The translations under genes and the position numbers were made by a program. A stretch of DNA of 54,557 nt from positions 1 through 54,557 of the forward strand of contig JASBUE010000068.1 in the NCBI GenBank assembly GCA_030148045.1. Direction: 5' to 3'. This document shows, piece by piece, positions 1-8,311 of the stretch (position 1 is the stretch's first letter; the number at the start of each line of letters is the position of its first letter). A model generated the notes under the pieces. It was given only the letters and a program-made list of their open reading frames with translations. It was not told the DNA's origin and did no database searches. The stretch is from Candidatus Tenderia sp. (lineage in GTDB: Bacteria; Pseudomonadota; Gammaproteobacteria; Tenderiales; Tenderiaceae).

Positions 1-1
1 G

Positions 2-553
2 CCGGGCGGGGTGGCGGTGGCGGCCAACGGCGACCTTTTCGTGGCAGATTTCTACAACCAGCGTATCCAGCGCCTGCATCCCGACGGGAGCTTCGTCCGC
101 CAGTGGGGCGTGACCCGCGAGAGGGGCATCCGTGCCGGACGCTTCAACTATCCGACGGACGTGGCCATCGCCGCGGATGGGACGGTGTATGTGGCCGACG
201 GTTACAACGATCGTGTCCAGGTGTTCTCGCCCGCCGGCGATTTCCTCCACAAGTGGGGCGGCCCGCTGGCGTTGAATATCGCGGGGCCGTTCAATGGTTG
301 GTTTCGTACGGTCATGTCCGTGGCCGTCGGGCCTGACGGAAATATATTCGCCAGCGATTTTCTCAATCACCGGATACAGAAGTTCACGCCCGACGGTACC
401 TTTCTGGCCGCTTTCGGTGAACGGGGGGATGGCCCGGGGCAGTTCGAACGGCCACTCGGTGTCGCGGTCGCGGACAGCGGGGCTGTCTTCGCGGTCGACT
501 TCGGCAACCACCGGATTCAGAAATGGCAGCCGGGCGAATTTGTCGTTCGCTAG
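2..553 (+). CDS. NHL-repeat beta-propeller protein (5' end outside window)
   Basis: Four to five ~45-aa repeats of the type P.GVAV...G.vfVaDf.NhRIQkf. The frame is open back to base 2. TAG stop at 551-553. Confidence 0.75.
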   Translation, partial: PGGVAVAANGDLFVADFYNQRIQRLHPDGSFVRQWGVTRERGIRAGRFNYPTDVAIAADGTVYVADGYNDRVQVFSPAGDFLHKWGGPLALNIAGPFNGWFRTVMSVAVGPDGNIFASDFLNHRIQKFTPDGTFLAAFGERGDGPGQFERPLGVAVADSGAVFAVDFGNHRIQKWQPGEFVVR

Positions 554-559
554 ACGGGG

Positions 560-3016
560 GTGATCGTGCGCCCCATCGATGCTGAACCACTTGCCAGGCT
601 GCGGCTCAAGATCGGCGGCATGCAGTGTTCATTCTGCGTGGCCTCGGTGGAGAAGGCACTGACGCAGCTTGACGGTGTCGAGCGCGCCAGCGTGAGCCTG
701 GCCCACGAAGAGGCCCTGATCTACCACGACCCGGCCAAGGTATCCGCAGAGCCCATCCGCGATACGCTGCGCAGCCTGGGCTACACCGTGCGTGATCCGC
801 GCAAGGTGCGTAGCTTCGAGGAAGAGGAGACGGAGCTGCGCCGCCACCGCGGCCGGCTGCTGGCGGCGGCGGGGGTGATGCTGCTCTCGCTGGGATTCAT
901 GACCGCCATGTGGCTCGGGCTGCATCGACCTTGGTTCCCGTGGGTGATGTTGGCGTTGGCCTTGGCGATGATCTTCGGTATCGGCTGGCCCATCCTGAAA
1001 ATGGCCGCCGCCTCGCTCATGCGCGGCATCCTGAATCAGCACGTGCTCATGGAGTTCGCCGCCTTCGGCGGGCTGGCCGGCGGACTGGTCGGTTTCTTCA
1101 AGCAACCCTGGCCGATGGCGGACTTCCTGGGTACGGCGGTTTTCATCACCGCTTACCATATCCTCTCGGGGTACGTGTCCCTGCTGGTGCGCACGCGCAG
1201 TTCCCAGGCGATCCGCAAGCTGATGAGCCTGCAGCCGGCCACGGCGCGGGTGGTGCGCGACGGGCACGAGCAAGAGATCCCGGTCGAGGAGGTGAGGGCG
1301 GGCGATCGCGTACGTATCCGGCCCGGCGAGAGCATCCCCGTGGATGGTGAGGTGGTCGGGGGCGCCTCGGCGGTGGACGAGAGCCTGGTCACGGGAGAAT
1401 TCATGCCCGTGGACAAGGCGCTGGGCGATACGGTCATCGGCGGCTCGGTCAACCGGGGTGGCACGTTGCTGGTGCGTACCACCCGCATCGGCGAAGAGAG
1501 CTTTCTGCAGCAAGTGGCCCGCTCCATCGAGCAGGCCCGCGCCCTGAAACCCGGCATCCTGCAACTCGTCGATCGGGTCCTGAAATACTTCGTGCCGGGT
1601 GTGCTCATCACTGCGGCCGGGGCCTTTGTGATCTGGACCCTCGGCGCCTGGCTGATAACCGGCGAAGCCGATCTCAGCCGTGCGGTGTATGCCACGCTGG
1701 CGGCGCTGGTGATGGGGTATCCCTGCGCATTGGGCATGGCGGCGCCGCTGGCCATGATCCGTGGCGGCGGCATGGCGGCACAAAAAGGCATCCTGATGCG
1801 CTCCGGCGCGGCGTTCCAGGTCTTCAAGGATGTCAGGAAGGTGGTGCTCGACAAGACCGGCACCCTGACCTTAGGGCAACCGCAGGTCGCGGAAGTGGTG
1901 GCGAGTAATGGCTCGAACACATCGGAGGTCCTGGCGCTGGCTGCCGCGGTGGAGCGCCTTTCTGAGCATCCGCTGGCCCGCGCCATCGTCAATCATGCCG
2001 ACGCGATTGGTGTGGAACGGCATGAGGCCGAGGCCTTCGAGGCCCTGCCGGGACACGGGGTCCTGGCCCGGGTCGGCGGACAGGCCGTGTGGGTCGGCAG
2101 CCCCCGTTTCCTGCCCGCCGCGCGCGCCGATGTCGCCACCATGCAGGATAGCGTCGGTCGGCTCGAGAAGCCGGGCGCCACCGTCGTCGCCGTCACCCGC
2201 GAGGATCGCGTGGTAGGACTGATCGCCATCACAGACACCCTGAAGCCGGATGCCCGTGAGGCCATCGCCCGTATGAAGGCGGCGGGGCTTACGCCGGTGA
2301 TGATCAGCGGCGACAACGCAAGAACGGCGCGCGCTGTGGCTGCGCAGGTCGGCATAGACGAGGTCATGGCCCAGGTGCTGCCGGAGGACAAGGCCGCCGA
2401 GGTGCGCCGCCTGCAGCAAACGGGCTGCCGCGTAGCCATGGTGGGCGACGGCATTAACGATGCCCCCGCATTGACCCAGGCCGATGTGGGCATCGCCATT
2501 GGCGCCGGCACCGACATCGCCATCGAGACCGCCGATATCGTGCTGGTGGGCGAGCGCCTGGGCGGCGTGGTGGATGCCTACGAGATCGGCAAAGCCAGCT
2601 TCCGCAAAACCGTGCAGAACGTCATCCTGGCATTCGCCTTCAACGGCATTGGCGTGCCGGCGGCGGTTACCGGCCTGGTGCATCCGGTGATGGCCATGGT
2701 GGCCATGGCCGCCAGCGTGACCGCGGTGTTGCTGAACTCCTTCGCTGGACGGCTGCTGCTAACGTGGGGCAAGGTAAAAGATCAAGAGACAAAAAGACTT
2801 GTGCTGAAAGTGCCCACGATGCACTGTGAGGGGTGCCTGGCGCAGATCCGTGAGGCGCTGGCCGGGCTCCGGGGTGTCAAAAATATCGAAGGCAGGCTTG
2901 CGGAAAAGACGATTACCATGGAGGTCGAGGGGCGGGCGCCGGGGCGGGAGCAGTTGTGCGGGATACTTGCCCGGATCGGCCATCTATGTGGCGATACCGG
3001 CGTGTCGGGTGACTAA
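560..3016 (+). CDS. Heavy-metal P1B-type ATPase with N- and C-terminal HMA domains and an atypical YPC transmembrane motif
   Basis: DKTGTLT, SEHPLA and GDGINDAP motifs. HMA motifs GMQCSFC (N-terminal) and TMHCEGC (C-terminal). Four TM helices precede the actuator domain. Start is GTG at 560 or 566. Confidence 0.9.
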   Translation: MIVRPIDAEPLARLRLKIGGMQCSFCVASVEKALTQLDGVERASVSLAHEEALIYHDPAKVSAEPIRDTLRSLGYTVRDPRKVRSFEEEETELRRHRGRLLAAAGVMLLSLGFMTAMWLGLHRPWFPWVMLALALAMIFGIGWPILKMAAASLMRGILNQHVLMEFAAFGGLAGGLVGFFKQPWPMADFLGTAVFITAYHILSGYVSLLVRTRSSQAIRKLMSLQPATARVVRDGHEQEIPVEEVRAGDRVRIRPGESIPVDGEVVGGASAVDESLVTGEFMPVDKALGDTVIGGSVNRGGTLLVRTTRIGEESFLQQVARSIEQARALKPGILQLVDRVLKYFVPGVLITAAGAFVIWTLGAWLITGEADLSRAVYATLAALVMGYPCALGMAAPLAMIRGGGMAAQKGILMRSGAAFQVFKDVRKVVLDKTGTLTLGQPQVAEVVASNGSNTSEVLALAAAVERLSEHPLARAIVNHADAIGVERHEAEAFEALPGHGVLARVGGQAVWVGSPRFLPAARADVATMQDSVGRLEKPGATVVAVTREDRVVGLIAITDTLKPDAREAIARMKAAGLTPVMISGDNARTARAVAAQVGIDEVMAQVLPEDKAAEVRRLQQTGCRVAMVGDGINDAPALTQADVGIAIGAGTDIAIETADIVLVGERLGGVVDAYEIGKASFRKTVQNVILAFAFNGIGVPAAVTGLVHPVMAMVAMAASVTAVLLNSFAGRLLLTWGKVKDQETKRLVLKVPTMHCEGCLAQIREALAGLRGVKNIEGRLAEKTITMEVEGRAPGREQLCGILARIGHLCGDTGVSGD

Positions 3017-3065
3017 CGCACACATTGGTATATTGGCACCGCATGCCAGATGCAGGAGATAACGG

Positions 3066-3281
3066 ATGAAGAAAGAAGGCCTTTCAACCCTGATCGTCTT
3101 CAAGGTGATTTGCTGTGCCGCGCTGCTGCTTTTCGCTTTTGGCGGTCTGGGGCTGCTGTCCGGCCTGAGTACCGGAAATAGCATTCTCATCGTGTTGGGC
3201 CTGGGGCTATTGGGATGGGGCGGATACATCTATTATTACAGGAGGCGGCACCGGCGTGGCTCGCGGAATGGTGAACCGTAG
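3066..3281 (+). CDS. Small two-TM membrane protein with a vicinal Cys pair (MerF/MerT-like architecture)
   Basis: 71 aa. TM1 contains VICCAALLL, followed by a second Gly/Leu-rich TM and a basic tail RRRHRR. It lies between the ATPase and the thioredoxin-like gene. Confidence 0.5.
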   Translation: MKKEGLSTLIVFKVICCAALLLFAFGGLGLLSGLSTGNSILIVLGLGLLGWGGYIYYYRRRHRRGSRNGEP

Positions 3282-3358
3282 ATCGTGTTTCCGATTGTGC
3301 GTGAGCCAGTTATTCGAATGCAGGGTTGGACGGGGCCGGTTAATAGAAGATACAGGCT

Positions 3359-3655
3359 GTGATAAAAATTGAAGTGTTTGCCTCGCCGGGTTGCCGGCGT
3401 TGTCTGGGTGCCGTGCGGAGCGTAGAGAAGATCGCACAGGAGATCGGCGCTGAACGGGTTGAATGGCGCCGGGTCGATGTGCTCGAAGAGATCGACTATG
3501 CAGTTGAACTGGGCGTGTTGGCGACACCGGCAATCGCCATTGATGGCGCTCTCGTGTTTACGGCATCGCCGTCCGAAAAAGCCTTACGTGAAGCTATTGC
3601 AAGTCATCTGGCGGCAACCCTTGGAGAACAACAGTCAGTAGGTCGGGAGCAATGA
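3359..3655 (+). CDS. Small thioredoxin-fold protein (single CxxC, Thioredoxin_3-like)
   Basis: MIKIEVFASPGCRRC... and ...TPAIAIDG... match the ~80-100 aa archaeal/bacterial mini-thioredoxin pattern. GTG start. Its stop overlaps the merR-family start (ATGA). Confidence 0.7.
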   Translation: MIKIEVFASPGCRRCLGAVRSVEKIAQEIGAERVEWRRVDVLEEIDYAVELGVLATPAIAIDGALVFTASPSEKALREAIASHLAATLGEQQSVGREQ

Positions 3656-4083
3656 ACGCATACCGGATAGGACAAGTCACCGAGATGTTGGGCTTGAGCC
3701 CGGACACCTTGCGCTATTACGAAAGACTGGGGCTGCTTCCCGGAGTCGTACGCACGGGCTCCGGCATCCGCCGTTACAGCGGGCGCGACATCTCCCGGCT
3801 GCGTTTCATCCAGCGCGCCCAGCAAATGAACTTCAGCCTGAAAGAGATTGGTGAGCTACTGAAGATGCGGGAGAATCCACAGGGCGCCCGCGATGAGATG
3901 CGCCACTTGACGGCCAACAAATTGGCGGAGATAGAGGCGCGCCTTGCCGACCTCGATACCCTGCGCAAGGAGCTTCGGCTGTTGCTGAATCTATGCCGGG
4001 CGAGTGAAAACGGTTGTCCGATTATCGAGGGTATTGGTAACAAAACCGCCAAGAAGAAGGCTTCCCGCATGCGTAGGCGATAA
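3652..4083 (+). CDS. MerR-family metal-responsive transcriptional regulator (CueR/HmrR-like)
   Basis: N-terminal HTH: YRIGQVTEMLGLSPDTLRYYERLGLL. A coiled-coil dimerisation helix follows, then a C-terminal metal loop C-RASENG-C. Confidence 0.85.
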   Translation: MNAYRIGQVTEMLGLSPDTLRYYERLGLLPGVVRTGSGIRRYSGRDISRLRFIQRAQQMNFSLKEIGELLKMRENPQGARDEMRHLTANKLAEIEARLADLDTLRKELRLLLNLCRASENGCPIIEGIGNKTAKKKASRMRRR

Positions 4084-4224
4084 GACAGTTATGGTTTCCG
4101 CAAAGAACTCTTGGCGTGCAATACGTATGCCTTTGTTGGGAAAACTTGCCCATAGATTTATAGCGGAAGATTATCGGGTTTCTGCTGTGATACCGGGCCT
4201 CATAGGTTCGCGGATCAAGCGCCA

Positions 4225-4767
4225 TCATTGTGACGACGAATCCTCCGCCAATGCCAGGCGCTGGCGGAACACCTCGTAGCTGATGGGGGTGGTGTTCTCG
4301 TAGCCGATGCGCCGGCGGCGCCTCTCATCCAGCAGGTGATAGCGTACCACCGCCTCGACGGCCGCGGCGCGACTTTCGCGGAACGCCAAGCTATAGCGGC
4401 GCGGCTCGCCGTAGGGCAGGCGGGTGTCCCACAGATCGACGATGAAGGGTCGCCACAGCACCGTGCGCCGCAGGGTGTGGGTCTGTTCCTCAAGGACCTG
4501 TCCCGCTGCATCGAGCAGGCGCAGCGCCACGGTCAGGTAGCGGTCCGGTGTACCGGTGGGCAGATAGTGGGCGGCGCCGGTGTTGGTCAGCGTCAGGACG
4601 GCGCGCCGGCGGTCCGAATCATCCGGCGACGTCGCTTCGAATCGGATCGTGAGCCCCCGTTTCACCATCGCCGGGTCGTGGCCGCCGCGCCACAGGTGGC
4701 GGCGCGCGGGGCGTACCTCGCCACCCGCCACCAGCGGCCGCTCCACCCGCGGCATGTGGCAGTCCAC
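4225..4767 (-). CDS. C-terminal continuation of the multiheme cytochrome (begins VDCHMP directly after the in-frame TGA)
   Basis: Same reading frame as 4768..5475 with a single TGA between them. It has no independent SD. The junction reads G-L-G-TGA-V-D-C-H-M-P, a CXXCH with the first Cys codon replaced by TGA. Confidence 0.7.
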   Translation of the reverse strand: MDCHMPRVERPLVAGGEVRPARRHLWRGGHDPAMVKRGLTIRFEATSPDDSDRRRAVLTLTNTGAAHYLPTGTPDRYLTVALRLLDAAGQVLEEQTHTLRRTVLWRPFIVDLWDTRLPYGEPRRYSLAFRESRAAAVEAVVRYHLLDERRRRRIGYENTTPISYEVFRQRLALAEDSSSQ

Positions 4768-5475
4768 TCAGCCGAGGCCCGCAATCTCTTCCACCCGGAT
4801 CTCCCCTGTACGCCCGCCGAGAAAGAGGGGTTGGCCGCGGCTGGGTTCTCTCTGGTCGGTGCCCCGGCTGATCTCGGCTACCGTGCCGCAGGGTGGCATC
4901 TTGTAAAATGTGTCCCAGCGCTCCCCTTGCACCACGTGGCAGCGCACGCAGACCTGGTTGGGGTCGGCCAGCTTTTGCACCGGGTGCGGTGCGGTGTCCA
5001 GCCCGAAAGGGCCGAGGATGGCGCCGTCGCGAAAGTGGCAGGCGGCGCAGGTCACCCCCTCGTGCTGCAGCCGGGGGTCGAAGTCCGGGTTGGGCGCCAG
5101 GACGGGGTCCCACTTGGCGCGGTCGCGAAAGCCCAGCACGCGGTATTCCTGCTGACGGTCCAGCGGGGTGTGGCAGTTCTTGCAAATCTGCTGCTCGTCG
5201 TCATAGCGCCAGTCGGCCTGGAAATAGGGGTCGGTCCAGGCCTGACTGTGGATGGCGGTGGACCACTCATCATAGAAGTCCCGGTGACAGGCGGCGCATT
5301 CTTGCGCGCTCAGCGTCTTGAACATGGCGGGTGCAGCGCGGGTGTCGATGGGGCGCTCGAAGGCCTTGGTGACGACGAAGATGTTCATCGGACGCACGAA
5401 ACGCCAGCCCACGAACACGGCCAGTGCGATGAGGGTAATGGTGACAACGAGTGTCTTACGCCGTACCCTCATCAT
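4768..5475 (-). CDS. Multiheme c-type cytochrome, N-terminal part (signal anchor + 4 CXXCH), ending at an in-frame TGA
   Basis: Motifs CAACH, CKNCH, CAACH, CVRCH. N-terminal TM/signal TLVVTITLIALAVFVGW. SD GGAGG upstream of ATGATG. Same frame as 4225..4767. Confidence 0.85.
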   Translation of the reverse strand: MMRVRRKTLVVTITLIALAVFVGWRFVRPMNIFVVTKAFERPIDTRAAPAMFKTLSAQECAACHRDFYDEWSTAIHSQAWTDPYFQADWRYDDEQQICKNCHTPLDRQQEYRVLGFRDRAKWDPVLAPNPDFDPRLQHEGVTCAACHFRDGAILGPFGLDTAPHPVQKLADPNQVCVRCHVVQGERWDTFYKMPPCGTVAEISRGTDQREPSRGQPLFLGGRTGEIRVEEIAGLG

Positions 5476-5824
5476 CGCCTCCGGTCAGAACTCAAAGCGC
5501 AGCATGAGGTATATGTTATCGTTCTTGTCAAACTGCTCCAAGAGGGAAATATCATTCCGACCACTAAAGCGATTGCTGCCCGGCCCATTTGTTGAAGAAA
5601 ATCAATTAGCGGTTTGTTGCAGGCCCCCTAGGATAATGATTTAAAGTAGTCCCTGATAGGGAAGCGTAAATCCGCCGCCTGGAGGCGGCGGATGACATGC
5701 TGAGATGGTGCGAGTTTGTCAGCCTAAGAAAATATCTTGGCTTGAAACGCCGACTCAGGTATTTTTCAGGAGCAATCCGCCGGATCGCACCGGCAAGCGG
5801 AACCTGCTGCGTGATAAAGAAGTA

Positions 5825-6124
5825 ATGCTCAACCGGCCATTCACAAGAAAAATATACGGCAACCGCTGGTTCGGGTTGTTGCTGATCCTCGCGCTGCTGG
5901 TTGCCGCGCAGCATCTTGCCATGCATGATATCGATGGCGCCGGTGGCGGGCCGATCGGTCACCAGGAATGCCAGCTCAATCACCTGCCTTACGCGCAGTT
6001 GTCTCCACCATTACTCGGGCTCCCGCCACTGGTTCCGGCGCTGCTTCTGGAAACGGTGTACAGGCAATACTTTCCCCAGATTTTTGTTCACCCCTGGCTG
6101 GCCCGCGCGCCGCCCCTGAACTGA
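5825..6124 (+). CDS. Hypothetical small membrane/secreted protein (possibly DUF2946-like)
   Basis: ATG at 5825. Hydrophobic segment WFGLLLILALLVAAQHLAMH followed by a His/Cys-containing stretch. Family assignment is weak. Confidence 0.3.
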   Translation: MLNRPFTRKIYGNRWFGLLLILALLVAAQHLAMHDIDGAGGGPIGHQECQLNHLPYAQLSPPLLGLPPLVPALLLETVYRQYFPQIFVHPWLARAPPLN

Positions 6125-6227
6125 GTTATCCCCACTTTTTTGTTTAAGCATTGAACGGTCATCCGGCACAAGGTACCCGGCCGGCCGTTCAGGGATATCT
6201 ATTGATAACTCAGTTCAGGAGTATGTA

Positions 6228-7334
6228 ATGATTAAAAACCATAACCGACCATTGCCGGCGTCCCACGTGATGCTCGGCCTACTCATGACGGCGGCGGCTG
6301 TTCCGCTTGCCCGCAGCACCGAGGCGGTTCACGACAGTCATTGGTCCAGGGATCTGCGGGTGGGCGCCAATATGGACCTGACCGCCGAGGTCCGTGATTT
6401 CGGTGCTGATATGAACCGCCAGGTACTTGATCTGCGCGAGGTGGAGATGTCGCTGGAGTCGCAGATCAAGCCGTGGCTCTATGGGCTGATATTCCTGACC
6501 CGCCCGTCAGGGGAGGCCATGAGTATCGAAGAGGCCGCGGTGATCGCCGATCTGCCAAAAGGGTTCCGCCTGAAAGCAGGGAAATACCGCAACGAGTTCG
6601 GGTTGATCAACACCATTCACGAACCGGAGCGGCCGCAAGTCTCACTGCCCTTGCCGGTGGAGGAATTTTTCGGTGAGGAACAGCTACGGGAGACTGCCGT
6701 GACGCTGGGCCGCCTTATTGATCATGGCAATGGCTACCGTAGCGGCATCAGTGGTGCTGTGTTCAATTCCGACAACGAGGTTGCCTTCGACGCCGCTCAG
6801 TCCGGCGACAAGGCCTATGCAGGGAAACTTTATTTCGGTCGCCAGGCAGGTAATATCGCCTACCAATTGGGTCTCAGCGCACTGACCGGCAAGAACGATA
6901 CGGGCGGCGCAACCGATATACAGGTGCTGGACTTCCGTGTCCTGCTCGAACCGGAATATGCCCGAGGCTACGACTATTCGGCGCGTTTTTCCTGGATGGG
7001 TGAGGTCTTGTTCAACCAGCGGGAAATCACACCGGGAATCACCAACGAGGCCAGTGGCTTCTGGACCCTGGCGGATTACCAGTTCATGCCCGCGCATCAT
7101 CTCGGCGCGGGCGCCGAATACACACAAGGGCGGCTTGACAAGTCGGTAACGTCACGAGCCTGGGCGGCGCATTACGGCTGGTATTACTCGCCCCACGGGC
7201 GGCTGCAGTTACAGGCGCGCCGTCTGGATATCGATGACGGTGACAGCGGCACGGAAGTCCTGCTGCAGTGGAATATCGTGCTGGGCGCCCACAGTGAACG
7301 GCCGTTCCTTGCCATTCTTCCGGCGGATGAATAA
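6228..7334 (+). CDS. Putative outer-membrane beta-barrel (porin-like) protein
   Basis: Signal peptide MLGLLMTAAAVPLARS. Alternating hydrophobic/aromatic beta-strand pattern with Gly/Tyr-rich segments throughout. No specific family recognised. Confidence 0.5.
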   Translation: MIKNHNRPLPASHVMLGLLMTAAAVPLARSTEAVHDSHWSRDLRVGANMDLTAEVRDFGADMNRQVLDLREVEMSLESQIKPWLYGLIFLTRPSGEAMSIEEAAVIADLPKGFRLKAGKYRNEFGLINTIHEPERPQVSLPLPVEEFFGEEQLRETAVTLGRLIDHGNGYRSGISGAVFNSDNEVAFDAAQSGDKAYAGKLYFGRQAGNIAYQLGLSALTGKNDTGGATDIQVLDFRVLLEPEYARGYDYSARFSWMGEVLFNQREITPGITNEASGFWTLADYQFMPAHHLGAGAEYTQGRLDKSVTSRAWAAHYGWYYSPHGRLQLQARRLDIDDGDSGTEVLLQWNIVLGAHSERPFLAILPADE

Positions 7335-7342
7335 ATATAAAT

Positions 7343-7392
7343 GAGAAGCATAATCATTACAGTTGACATTTATTTGAGAATAGTTATCATTT
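7343..7392 (+). promoter_or_regulatory. Sigma-70-like promoter overlapped by two Fur-box-like sites
   Basis: TTGACA (7363-7368), 16-nt spacer, TATCAT (7385-7390). gagaagcataatcattaca matches 14/19 and gagaatagttatcatttag matches 12/19 of GATAATGATAATCATTATC. Confidence 0.6.
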
Positions 7393-7421
7393 AGATCAAG
7401 GGGCACGGCAAACCGGAAACC

Positions 7422-7988
7422 ATGACAGACGGAGTGTTTGTGTTGAATTCCCCAGCCGAACGCGAGTTGGCCGGCATGAAGTCAGAGGATCAACAAACGA
7501 TGAAATTACAATCTCAACTCCGGACGCTGGTCGGGTTCACGACGATCGTGTTGGCGGTAGCGATACCGCCGTCGGTTGCGGAAGACTCGCTTTCACGCGT
7601 GACTGCACCACGCTCCTCCCAGGTTGAAGCGGTCGGGGTTGTGCTCAAGGAGTGGCGCATCGACTTGGATAAACAGGCGGTCAAGACCTGCCCCGTGACC
7701 TTTCGCGTCAACAACTTTGGTGACGAGGACCATGAATTGGTCATCGTCAAGACGGACCGGCACCACAAGGCCCTGCCTGTCAGCCATGGCAAAGTGATTG
7801 AGACGGAGGCAGGCGAATTGATCGGGGAGATCGAGGAGTTCCCCATGGGTGAAGCGCGGGAGGCGACTTTCATGTTAAGTCCCGGCAACTACGCGCTGTT
7901 CTGCAATTTGGTGGAGCAAGAGGAAGATGGCGGCCTGGAGAGTCATTACCAGGAAGGTATGCATGTCCCGTTTACGGTGCTGCGGTAA
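7422..7988 (+). CDS. Cupredoxin-like domain protein (EfeO N-terminal-like), secreted
   Basis: VTFRVNNFGDEDHELVIV ... ALFCNLVEQEEDGGLESHYQEGMH provides candidate His/Cys/His/Met copper ligands. The likely real start is ATG 7476 or 7500, which gives the signal peptide MKLQSQLRTLVGFTTIVLAVAIPPSVA. Confidence 0.65.
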   Translation: MTDGVFVLNSPAERELAGMKSEDQQTMKLQSQLRTLVGFTTIVLAVAIPPSVAEDSLSRVTAPRSSQVEAVGVVLKEWRIDLDKQAVKTCPVTFRVNNFGDEDHELVIVKTDRHHKALPVSHGKVIETEAGELIGEIEEFPMGEAREATFMLSPGNYALFCNLVEQEEDGGLESHYQEGMHVPFTVLR

Positions 7989-8176
7989 TGAAGAAGATAC
8001 GCCATGATCCAAAAGCGGCCACAGCGAACAGCCAGGGACTAATATCCAAACCCGGGATCAATCGCGTATCCATTGACACCCTGCTGAAAGGGGCGCACGA
8101 AATGGTGATTGTACACGCCGGTGATGAATATCGCTTGCGGATTACCAGTAAAGGGAAATTGATTCTTACGAAATAG
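7988..8176 (+). CDS. hemP: Hemin uptake protein HemP
   Basis: 62 aa ending ...EMVIVHAGDEYRLRITSKGKLILTK, the HemP signature. The start overlaps the upstream stop (TAATG). Confidence 0.85.
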   Translation: MKKIRHDPKAATANSQGLISKPGINRVSIDTLLKGAHEMVIVHAGDEYRLRITSKGKLILTK

Positions 8177-8311
8177 AGTAGATGCCGGGTGTGCTCTGCG
8201 CACCCATATACGTCGTAAATAAATAGATAGCCAGCCACTTAGCCTTCGGGCAAAGGTAGCCAGCCAATAGTGTTGTTTTGGTGTGGGCGCTTTTTTGCGG
8301 AGGTTTTTTAT

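Noticed and set aside
551-562. The NHL-repeat ORF and the P-type ATPase ORF are in the same frame, separated by TAG plus two codons; possible read-through fusion
   Set aside because: Same-frame adjacency has a 1-in-3 chance. An NHL propeller fused to a P1B pump makes no architectural sense. The ATPase has its own GTG starts (560/566) after a G-rich SD-like stretch.
5487-5600. Minus-strand 37-codon frame ending ...NDNIYLMLRFEF-stop, resembling the C-terminal beta-strand of an outer-membrane protein just upstream of the cytochrome gene
   Set aside because: It is too short to assign, is preceded by stops in frame, and has no start codon. At most it is a gene remnant.
5670-5693. Perfect hairpin atccgccgcc-tgga-ggcggcggat
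   Set aside because: No U-run on either strand and no adjacent gene end that it would terminate. Probably incidental, or a remnant terminator.
5606-5983. 125-aa minus-strand ORF
   Set aside because: It overlaps the plus-strand 5825..6124 ORF and an AT-rich intergenic stretch. It has no SD and no motifs.
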